Of a stretch of DNA of 37,376 nt, positions 10,422 through 27,818 are shown piece after piece. This stretch comes from Macrostomum lignano. Its lineage: Eukaryota. Made by a program: the position numbers and the translations under genes. Where the stretch lies: contig NIVC01000105.1 in the NCBI GenBank assembly GCA_002269645.1, forward strand, positions 1-37,376, in the 5' to 3' direction. Numbering within the stretch: the stretch's first letter is position 1; each line of letters begins with the position of its first letter. The notes below the pieces were generated by a model. The model ran no database searches. It saw nothing but the letters and a program-made list of their open reading frames with translations, and had not been told where the DNA came from.

Positions 10422-13397
10422 TTACATTGGCTGATGAGGAATAGATCTGATAGGATCCAAATAATATCTTTTATCATCTAACGGACTCATTGTTTGTTTC
10501 ATAATCTCACGAATATATATTTTATTTTTTTCAGATACAGTCATACTTACTCTACCTCTTTGAATATCTTTGTAATCTGTCAATAGTATGTTTTTAAAAG
10601 TTTCAAAATTTATATTTGTACTGCTTTTATCAACCCCCTTGATCGTAACACATTCCCCTGAAACTGTAGTGAAAGCATACTCCTTTGACCGCAGGAATAC
10701 AGCTTCGGAAATTATTGAGCCATTCATTTCATCTTTCAACTTTCCAATAACTTTCTTGTTCGTCTCGGAGTATAGTGGATGCTCTCTTGGATAATCCGAT
10801 GTGTCTAAGTGTTCTTTAATTTTTTCAAGATCCTTATAAACATCTTGAGTAATCACTGAGAATATTAGCGAATCACAATCAGAATAGTGCAATTGACAGC
10901 TGTTCCAATTCTTCTCAATAAAATTGTAATAGCAATCGTACATTAGCATTTTTGCATAATCCAGAATAGCCATTCCTAAATAAATTGGCTTGTCACACGC
11001 AATTGTCTTTTTGTACATTTGGACACCAACTGCATCCTCACTAAACATAATGAAATCTTTGAAACTTGGTTTGGAAAAATAACGCCTTGCAGTTTTTTCT
11101 TCAGCTACAAGATGAAAGTTCGACCTATTCTTTACATTTTCGATTGTTTTACCGTAGAATGAATTGTTCAGTAGTTTCCACAGGTCTTTCTCAAATTTAG
11201 TTTTTGCTTCCATTCTCTGCCTGGTATTAAATTCGATGTATTTACTCAACCAGTTTGACTCTTTGAATGAAAGAATTCTATGAACTCTCATAACTCGCAT
11301 GCCCATCTTCTCATAAAACTCAAGTAGTCTGTGATGTAAAACATATTTCTCCTTGTTGTAAAATGTCAACATCAACTTGGATTGAACAAACTTTTTCTTT
11401 TCGACTTCGAGGTATTGCTTCTGTATATCAGATAAATCCTCAAACCTAGTTGTTCGTTTCTCAGGAGCCAGTGGATATTTACTTGTAGCTTTCTTACAGT
11501 CCTCTGTATATTCAAGGTCAACTTCAAGAAAACAACCCCTGCCATTAGGAATATTCTTGTGATACTCTAGATTATTTTCAAACTTGAAATCTCCCACAGG
11601 TAGATTTTTCATCATTGCTTCACCATATAAATTATTCTTGTCCAAGTATAGCATGTACGACGATTCAGAATTGCTGTCATAACTTTCTAAATACTTGTTA
11701 TTCATTTTTTTATATCGATCTCCAAGAACTCCAGAGAAACCGCCGCGAATACCACTTTCTACCATGGATATCATTTCTTTATCACCAAGTAATTCCAATT
11801 CCACATTAGTATATTTCAACCCACATGCCCACGATAATCCAGAAAGGGAAAAGCAATACGCAGGATCTATCTTGAAATATTTCAAAAATGTTGATCGAAA
11901 CTTCTCAAAAGCGTTGACAAATGAGTAAATCTTTCTAATTACTGCTGTTGTATCACTGGGTGGCAAATATTTTATTTCTTCTTCAGAGAGTGTAAATGGT
12001 GGTTCCAAAAACCTAGATCCATCTAAAAACACAACACCACTGGTATAATTCCCCCACTTAATTGCAACATGGTCTTCCGATGTTTTAGAAATGAAATCCA
12101 ATTTATAAGCTGTATTCTTTATTCGTGTTAATGGAACTATCAAATAGTTTAGATCTTTTCCAGATTCATTCAGGAGAAACAACGGTACCGTTTGATTCGC
12201 CTTGCCCTCCTTGGTATTACATGATTGACATGCTGCGCCGCGATATTTACCATTGTAGTGATTATGCTCTCGAATTTTTTTACTATCTACAAATGGCCTT
12301 GAGCAGAGAAAACATTGTTCTGCCGCTTTGTAATCAGTCTCTTCGACATCACTTAATCTTGGATGTTTATATCTATCCATTTCATTTTTTATATGCTCAA
12401 ACTTTTTTATTACGGTTTCAACGAATGATTCCACTGTAGTATTTAAAATAATATTTGATTTTATAATGTCCTCATAGTCGGAACTAGTAAAAAGTGTCCA
12501 TTGTGATAGCTCTAGTGATTTATCATCCATCGTTACATAATCTAATATTGCATAAAACACAAATGGTTTTCTTACACTCATGTGGTAGTTTTTAAACTTT
12601 AATATCCTCTTATCAATCTTTGGAACTTCAATTGACACTTTGAAGTCATTACAGATTGCTTTATGATTATCCAGTGCATCCTGGGAGTATTTGACTTGAA
12701 GACACTTTCGACAAAGAAAAACCCTGTTGTAATTTTGGGACGTGAGGAATAAACACAAGTCTGTTATTAAGCAATAATGATTTTCAACAAGTAGTAAATC
12801 AATAACATTGGGGTTGTCGTAATCTTCTGTCAGACGAATAGAATATATTGACTCTTTAGTATTTATATCCCTCAATCCAAACACATTTATATGAAGACTG
12901 TTCAACTTTTCAATCTCAGAGATATCTCGAATGTCCACTGGAAATTTAACGTCTCCTAAGTTTATTTCATTTATATACTGTGTATACTTACCAACTCTAT
13001 ATCTATGTTCCTTCACAGGATGGAGCTTTGCTAAAATAGACCAGAGAAAGCACCTATTGTCTTTAGTGTTCTTAACATTTACTAATGCGTTTGATTTAAT
13101 TGGAATTAGAATATAAGTTCCTCCTTTCAACTGATTAATGCCAACAACTTTCAACACAATCTTTACTAACTTAACAAAATAATATCCTGATCCCCTTTCA
13201 TTAAAACTATCCTTCCATCCATCGAATTCATCCAGAACATCCTGAATTGTACTTTCTATACTAGTTTCCACTTGGAGAAGATTTAACAAAGTTCGATACT
13301 TTGAATGATATTGGAACTCAATCCAACTGTCGGTAGTTCCTTTATAAAATTCTGCGACAAAGGAAATTCTGTATTTTATTGAATCTCTAGCCATCAA
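10422..13397 (-). CDS. Protein-primed family B DNA polymerase (Polinton group-2/betaadintovirus type) with vOTU-like and EndoVII-like Zn-finger segments; degenerate exonuclease
   Basis: 991-aa open frame with motif A YLDKNNLYG, motif B KLLNNSFYGKT, motif C YSDCDS, KVIGKLKDE, a TPR1-type insert LEVDLEY..YPLAPE, DDKRY, and CxxC..HNHYNGKYRGAACxxCN. The frame stays open upstream to an ATA at 13478. Confidence 0.95.
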   Translation of the reverse strand: MMARDSIKYRISFVAEFYKGTTDSWIEFQYHSKYRTLLNLLQVETSIESTIQDVLDEFDGWKDSFNERGSGYYFVKLVKIVLKVVGINQLKGGTYILIPIKSNALVNVKNTKDNRCFLWSILAKLHPVKEHRYRVGKYTQYINEINLGDVKFPVDIRDISEIEKLNSLHINVFGLRDINTKESIYSIRLTEDYDNPNVIDLLLVENHYCLITDLCLFLTSQNYNRVFLCRKCLQVKYSQDALDNHKAICNDFKVSIEVPKIDKRILKFKNYHMSVRKPFVFYAILDYVTMDDKSLELSQWTLFTSSDYEDIIKSNIILNTTVESFVETVIKKFEHIKNEMDRYKHPRLSDVEETDYKAAEQCFLCSRPFVDSKKIREHNHYNGKYRGAACQSCNTKEGKANQTVPLFLLNESGKDLNYLIVPLTRIKNTAYKLDFISKTSEDHVAIKWGNYTSGVVFLDGSRFLEPPFTLSEEEIKYLPPSDTTAVIRKIYSFVNAFEKFRSTFLKYFKIDPAYCFSLSGLSWACGLKYTNVELELLGDKEMISMVESGIRGGFSGVLGDRYKKMNNKYLESYDSNSESSYMLYLDKNNLYGEAMMKNLPVGDFKFENNLEYHKNIPNGRGCFLEVDLEYTEDCKKATSKYPLAPEKRTTRFEDLSDIQKQYLEVEKKKFVQSKLMLTFYNKEKYVLHHRLLEFYEKMGMRVMRVHRILSFKESNWLSKYIEFNTRQRMEAKTKFEKDLWKLLNNSFYGKTIENVKNRSNFHLVAEEKTARRYFSKPSFKDFIMFSEDAVGVQMYKKTIACDKPIYLGMAILDYAKMLMYDCYYNFIEKNWNSCQLHYSDCDSLIFSVITQDVYKDLEKIKEHLDTSDYPREHPLYSETNKKVIGKLKDEMNGSIISEAVFLRSKEYAFTTVSGECVTIKGVDKSSTNINFETFKNILLTDYKDIQRGRVSMTVSEKNKIYIREIMKQTMSPLDDKRYYLDPIRSIPHQPM

Positions 13398-13515
13398 ATA
13401 TTCGGAAAGAATTGGGGAGATTAAACCGCGAATTTCTTCAACGGAGTCGAGATCGAATTCATAAGAGGCCGCTGGTATTTTTTTTTTTTTTTTTAAGAAA
13501 AAAAATTAAACAGAC

Positions 13516-14256
13516 TCAAGCATAGGGGGGTGCACTTGGAGCATTTGATTGAAGATTGAGTGTTGCCGAGTACTCTTTTGGCTTATCAGCTAGACCCAAT
13601 TTTTCTCTCAGATCTTTCTCCAGCAGTTCCTTTTTAATTTTTTCCTTCGCTGATTGACCAAGTCTACTCTCTTTGAGGATTTTATCAACGACTTCCGAAT
13701 GGTTAACTTCTTTAGGCGCAACACAGGTGTCTAACAATTGGTCTCTTTTCTCTCTGTATTCTGAATAAATTGCAGCAGCTGCTTGAACCTCTTCAAGAGT
13801 TAATCTATAATCATCAACTGCTTTTTGGGAGTAAATATACAATCTCTCTCTGTATTGATTTGCCAGATCTCTGAGAACAATGTATTTTGCCTTCTGCTTT
13901 TGGCAATGCATTTTCACAGTTGCAAACAACGACGTGGATTTTACAGCTTCAAAACCACTCATTGCCCCGATTACTACTCCAATAACTAAGGGATTCAATG
14001 TCAGTATCGATGTTGCTATGCCAATTCCTGTAGCAGCCAAGAGACTTACATTTCCTGTCACAATGTTGATCCAATTTATCCTGCTACTTTGTCGTTTGTA
14101 CTTTTTTACCTTTTTGCTATAAATTGTAAGATCTTTCGTAATGCATTCAATACTGCCTTTGATTTCACCCTTTCTCTGATTGAAATAGTCCCGCTCCCTC
14201 AAATCTGCTTCATGCAGCTCAACCACAGGATAGATGTGTTCATTTTTTTCATTCAT
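13516..14256 (-). CDS. Polinton membrane/coiled-coil protein with C-terminal PSAP motif
   Basis: Intact ORF (likely ATG at 14256, MNEKNEHIYP...). Hydrophobic hairpin INIVTGNVSLLAATGIGIATSILTLNPLVIGVVIGAM, a basic coiled coil before it, and terminal PSAPPYA. Confidence 0.7.
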   Translation of the reverse strand: MNEKNEHIYPVVELHEADLRERDYFNQRKGEIKGSIECITKDLTIYSKKVKKYKRQSSRINWINIVTGNVSLLAATGIGIATSILTLNPLVIGVVIGAMSGFEAVKSTSLFATVKMHCQKQKAKYIVLRDLANQYRERLYIYSQKAVDDYRLTLEEVQAAAAIYSEYREKRDQLLDTCVAPKEVNHSEVVDKILKESRLGQSAKEKIKKELLEKDLREKLGLADKPKEYSATLNLQSNAPSAPPYA

Positions 14257-14774
14257 TTTTATATGGCGATTATGCCTAATTGTCAATTATGTCTATACCT
14301 GACTGAATATCTAAGGCATTTCCTAGAAATATTGGTTTACTGAAGGCCATTTTATATATATATAATTTACTATCGTTGAATTGGATGACACTTTCATTTT
14401 GTATATACCTGAAATTGCATTAAATTGACCCGAGGATCCAACTTTTCTCATGGTTTTTGAGCTGGAATCGTGAAAATTGCACTTTTTCAAAATTTTTGAA
14501 AATCACAAAAAATCGCTGTTTTCAGACCATTTTCACCTGTTTTTAGTCATTTTTCACTTATTTTTAGTGATTTTCAAAATGAGTGAGGGCATGAGGGCGA
14601 GGGCACCCCCCCTTTTTAAAAGTATAAAAATTCCGGAAATTCTGTGTTCTGTGAAATATTCCACAGGCCAATGCCCCCACATGCCCTCACCCTCAACACC
14701 CTCACTCACAGATATATGTATATTTATATATTTTTATATTTATCACACACACACTTGAATCCATGACCACCTGC

Positions 14775-14875
14775 TAGTAGTAGTATGTTATAAGGGGCTG
14801 AGTCATCCAGCGAGCTGGCGCGTAATGCGCCCGAGCAATAAGTGTGGCGCAGCCCCTTATAACATACTACTACTA
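14775..14875. repeat. Perfect 26-bp inverted repeat (101-bp hairpin); candidate right terminus of the Polinton
   Basis: 14775-14800 TAGTAGTAGTATGTTATAAGGGGCTG is the exact reverse complement of 14850-14875, with a 49-bp GC-rich spacer. Confidence 0.9.
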
Positions 14876-15310
14876 ATCTCTTTTGTTGTTCTTGCGAATT
14901 CTGCTCAACCCCAGGGCACAGGACTCGCACACACCCAGCTTCCAACTAGTAGATAGGCAAAACATGAGGGACTCCATAAACTGAAGCTGAGTGGGGAAGC
15001 TGGAAAGATTGCTCTAGAGACATTTTGAGCAGTTCGACTTAGGGAATGAGGAAGCAGAGGAGGCTGGAGCTGGACTGTTCCCCAATGCCCGCTAATGCCC
15101 AAGAGGCGGCCGGCCACTCCACCAGCGCGCAGAAGTTCTGGCTCGTTTCTGGGGACGAAAATTTTTAGACTGCTAAGCCGGCCATTCATTATGCCGTTGG
15201 CTCTTTATTAGATTAGTGCCATGCAGAATGGGCCTCCGTGCGGTTGGCGCTCCGGCCGCGGCGGCAGATGAGCCTCGCCTCTGTCTTATACTGCTCTTTG
15301 ACTGCGGCTG

Positions 15311-15732
<422 letters not shown>

Positions 15733-16031
15733 CTGGCTGTCGGTCCATCTTTATTGTACTTCTTCAGTCCCGATGCCTATGATTAGATTAAGGCAATTTA
15801 CTGATTTCGAAATACTAGAATTGTTCTGTTTTATTGCGTTAGCATTGATCCAAAAGACATCGACTTTTCCTTAATCAGTTTGCCCCATTTAGTCTGTGGG
15901 TGTCTCTTTTGCTCAAATAGTTACTATGCGCAGTGCCTATTTAGCTCTGAATTGATCGAAACTATTTTGTCCAGCACTGCCTCATTTGGGTTCTGTTGCT
16001 CTGCTTGCTGGACAGGCGACTGCGAGCGGTG

Positions 16032-16146
16032 CAGACAGACAGACAGACACACAGACAGACAGACAGACAGACACACAGACACACAGACAGACAGACAGAC
16101 ACACAGACAGACAGACAGACAGACACACAGACAGACAGACAGACAC

Positions 16147-16193
<47 letters not shown>

Positions 16194-16213
16194 CACAGAC
16201 AGGCAGACAGACA
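16032..16213. repeat. (CAGA)n/(CACA) compound microsatellite
   Basis: Direct inspection. Confidence 0.97.
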
Positions 16214-16955
16214 CGCTGCCGGTTGGTTTGCATCAGCAGCACAAGGACACAGTTGCCAGTTGCCCATGTCCCGCTACCTCAGCCAGTTGCTATTCCATCA
16301 GTTGGGCTCATAATCCAATTTATCTAGAGAGGAAGATGGGATCTGTGGAAATGGCCAAGTCCTCAGTGCATGGATGTACGCAGACGCATCGCTAACCCTC
16401 CATATATAGGTCTGTCTGAGTCCCTGTCTCCTCACGCCTGTGTTTAGCTGCCCCATCAAAGTCGAGGTAGTCTCTACCCCCCCCCCGAGTCTTCTCCTTG
16501 AGGATATTCTTGAGGAAAGAGATTTCGGGCAGGAAGAGATATCTAGAACTCGAGGGCTTTTTGGCGAGCCAAGGCAAAGAGAAAGGAGAGAAAATATAGA
16601 GGGATGCAGCGAGACGGGCTTTAAGACTAAAGCCGCGGGACCGAACTCAATTTATTGCTGCATAATTAATTTCATTATACAGCTGGACCCACCTTATAGA
16701 CTGTCGGGATTTGGGCGGAATCTCCTTGCCATTGGGAGAAATGAGATAGCTGGCTATCAAAATCTTCCCTTAGGATCTATCGATTTGCTATTCCGAACTC
16801 AATACAATCATTTCCTAAGCTGACTGCAAAGCTCTCAACTCTCCCATTTGTTTATCACTTCCGCACTGCCTGCCTGAAGTTCCTTTAATATTCCACCACA
16901 AAATCGAAGTTTTTTTACGACCTGCGTTTACGAGAGAGTGGGTGCGAGCGGGTAT

Positions 16956-17168
16956 TACCCTCTCCTGATCCTTCCACTGCTACCCTCTCCTGATCCTTCC
17001 ACTGCTTACCCTCTCCTGATCCTTCCACTGCTACCCTCTCCTGATCCTTCCACTGCTTACCCTCTCCTGATCCTTCCACTGCTACCCTCTCCTGATCCTT
17101 CCACTGCTACCCTCTCCTGATCCTTCCACTGCTTACGCTCTCCTGATCCTTCCACTGCTGCCCTCTCT
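16956..17168. repeat. 25-26-bp minisatellite (TACCCTCTCCTGATCCTTCCACTGC), ~8 copies
   Basis: Direct inspection. Confidence 0.95.
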
Positions 17169-17633
17169 CCGGGCCCTCCCCTCCAATAAGCTAAAACAGA
17201 GTCACGGGTTGTCGTTCTCATGGAAATCCAATTTACAAATTGGAAGCCACAACGTCGCATTCCGGAAGTTTGCATCTCACTCATCTCAAATGAGAAATGA
17301 CCATAAAAAGGGGAACTTTGTTACCGCCAAAACAACTAATCTGGTAATTGGTCTCGTTCTCATTGAGCCCCAGTTTCATTATTTCGACATCAAAACAACG
17401 GCGATGGCGCAAGTCTTTATTCATAAATAAATATTAGCAAACGTGACCTCAAATAGGACACGTTTTCTGTTTTAATTTGCTGCAGGCTATTTCCTGAAAA
17501 AATATGGTAAATACAGTGTTGGCTTATGGCTAGATTATCAGCATAACAGATAGTATAATTTGTTATAGTGGCTTAGGCTGATCCATCAAACACAGTATTA
17601 GCCATGGGTTAGTTGATCAATCTTGCGAGCAGT

Positions 17634-17635
<2 letters not shown>

Positions 17636-17692
<57 letters not shown>
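17636..17692. repeat. (AG)n microsatellite
   Basis: Direct inspection. Confidence 0.97.
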
Positions 17693-17693
<1 letters not shown>

Positions 17694-17835
17694 TATTCTC
17701 CATCATCCCTCTCTCTGGCTTGGCCCTATTAATTCACTTCAGTAGCATGTGAAATAAGTATGAAACGAGTTAGTCACCAGCTGTGACAGTTTTACGTTAA
17801 AATTTTACATTTAACATTGTTACTGCGATGTGGTT

Positions 17836-18219
17836 GCCATTTCAGGCATTGAGAGTGCCATTTCAGACATTGGGAGTGCCATTTCAGGCATTGAGAGTGC
17901 CATTTCAGGCATTGAGAGTGCCATTTCAGGCATTGAGAGTGCCATTTCAGGCATTGAGAGTGCTATTTCAGACTAAGGAGTGCCATTTCAGGCATTGAGA
18001 GTGCCATTTCAGGCATTGAGAGTGCCATTTCAGACATTGAGAGTGCCATTTCAGGCATTGAGAGTGCCATTTCAGACATTGAGAGTGCCATTTCAGACAT
18101 TGAGAGTGCCATTTCAGGCATTGAGAGTGCCATTTCAGGCATTGAGAGTGCCATTTCAGACATTGGGAGTGCCATTTCAGACATTGAGAGTGCCATTTCA
18201 GACATTGAGAGTGCCATTT
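17836..18219. repeat. 21-bp minisatellite (GCCATTTCAGGCATTGAGAGT), ~18 copies
   Basis: Direct inspection. Confidence 0.96.
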
Positions 18220-20095
18220 TACTATATGAACTTTTCAATTCATTAAGGTTAAAATCCTGTAAAGAACCAAGCCGACAAACTGGAGTAACTGCAGGGTTGT
18301 CTGAAAATGGAGAGTTTAGGCTGGGGAAAGAGGCTTTGGCTGAGGCTTTGGGCAGTTGGTCTCTCCTCTCTTCTCTCTCTCTCTCGGATTCTCTGCATTA
18401 ATTAATTTTCTCCCCAATTTCTCCCAGCAGTGAGGCAGGCAGTCATCGTTCATTTCTTCCTTACTAGCGAAAGCAAAAAAGCTAACGGGGGGGGAAGCAT
18501 AAGCTCGTTTTGTCAGATTTCTAGGCGGTATGGAGCTGTATATTTATTCATAAACTGGGTTAATATGGTGCAGGATGGTACCAGTAGGCAGTATAGTGCT
18601 GATGTTCACGCACTAGGCAGAGGTGTCACGTGACTTCAGTGGGTTTCATTTGCTCAGAAGGTCAGATTAAGGAGATTAGGCGTTTTACATTTGTGCGTGA
18701 AGCTAAGAAACATTTGACATTGCGGCTTGACATCAAGGATCGCCTTGATTAAATTCTGATTCAAATAAGAGAATTTTAAATCGGGGATTGTCTTGACTGA
18801 CTGACGGAATTCAAAAAGTGCGAAGTGATTTTTTTCGAGCAGGGCAATCAATATAATTGCAGCCCAACTCGCGAGCTGCCCATGAACTCAGTTGGGTGGG
18901 ACGAAGTCCAATTTGAATCCCAAGTGGGGGGATCTTGCAATTTTAAAAAGCTCCTCTCTAAACTAAATCCCCTAAATCCTTGGATGCCCCGAGTTGAGAC
19001 TTGTGAGGAAAGTTAAGGACGAGAATGTATATTTGAGTGAGGCGCCAAGTTTTGACTCAATGTCACATCAGCCTCGCTGGAAATTCATGCGGGAGAAGAG
19101 CTTGTCAAAAAATTTGGCGGATCACGAACTTGCAGGAGTATAAGTGTGTGTGGGTGCCCCTGAGCCAGTCGGGGGCTCAAGTAGGGAGGACGAAGAACGC
19201 CGAAGCGAGGGGTTAGTTAGGAGTCGCATTGGGTCCGAATTCGACGGAAACCTCCAGAAGCGATTTTTTTACTACTGTCAGTTCATTTCTGTTCCCCTAA
19301 TATATATGGGCCAGCATGCCTGCTAGCACTGGATGAGGCTCTTCCAGCAGATGAAGCTGAGAGGGAGAGAGAGGGAAGCTGGACTTGCCTGACTGGTGTG
19401 TGTGTGTGCTGATGCTGAGCGAGTCTGCGAGGGAGCCCAGCTAAAGCCTCAGAGAGTAGTGTGTGTGTGCCGTGTGTGTGTGTGGAAGAAGAGTTGAAGT
19501 GGAAGAGGAAAGCGCAAGGCTGCAGGACTCCCAATACACACAGCGAGACAGACAGACAGAACTGACTGACTGAATGAGGGTCCCTATCTCTAGTGGGGGG
19601 GGGGGTAGGGTGGTGGTGCAGCTGGAGGGGGTGCAGGGAGTGCAGATTGGCATATATAGGGATTCTGCCCATTTGATCATTCGGTAATCGTACTCAGTTT
19701 TCTGTGGGGAGTTGATGGAGAGGGAGGAGAGAGAGAGAACCCAAGCTGGAGCTTAGTGCTGGTTGGCTGGGCATCTGGGGTCCGAGGAGCTTGCTTCCCC
19801 CTTCATCTTTCGAATCGAGTTTTTCTGTATGCGCGCCTGTATAAATTGGATTGCACAGCCCTACGAACTGCGCTTCAATAGGCTTATTCTATTCAGGATC
19901 AGAGATTGACCGAATTTTGCTGTCGAACAACTGACTGGACTATAATTACTAAGGCCATGATTGAATTCGTACGGCTTCTCAAGTGACTCATTTTTGAAAT
20001 TTTTAGTCAAATTGGAAACAAGTCCAATCCAAAGTAGCTCGTCGAACTAGCAAACGAAGAAACGATAGAAATATTTTGTAGCATACAAGCTATCT

Positions 20096-27818
<7,723 letters not shown>

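Larger units (their letters stand above)
1..14875. mobile_element. Endogenous Polinton/Maverick (adintovirus-like) virus, right portion; left end outside window; partly decayed
   Basis: Co-linear hallmark genes recognised by motif: MCP, packaging ATPase, penton, adenain, protein-primed PolB. Ends in ACTACTACT (14866-14874), the reverse complement of the AGTAGT-type Maverick terminus, and host-type microsatellite DNA follows soon after. Confidence 0.93.

Noticed and set aside
10588-13116. Small + strand ORFs opposite PolB
   Set aside because: Antisense shadows of the long PolB frame with no motifs.
231-14263. T(A)nATG at most viral starts as a poxvirus-like late promoter (TAAATG)
   Set aside because: The host TTC16 start has the same TTAAAATG context, so this is explained by an A-rich invertebrate Kozak context and stop-start packing.
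18625-18634. GTCACGTGAC palindrome as a CLEAR/E-box site or transposon end
   Set aside because: Single short occurrence with no matching opposite end and no defined promoter nearby.
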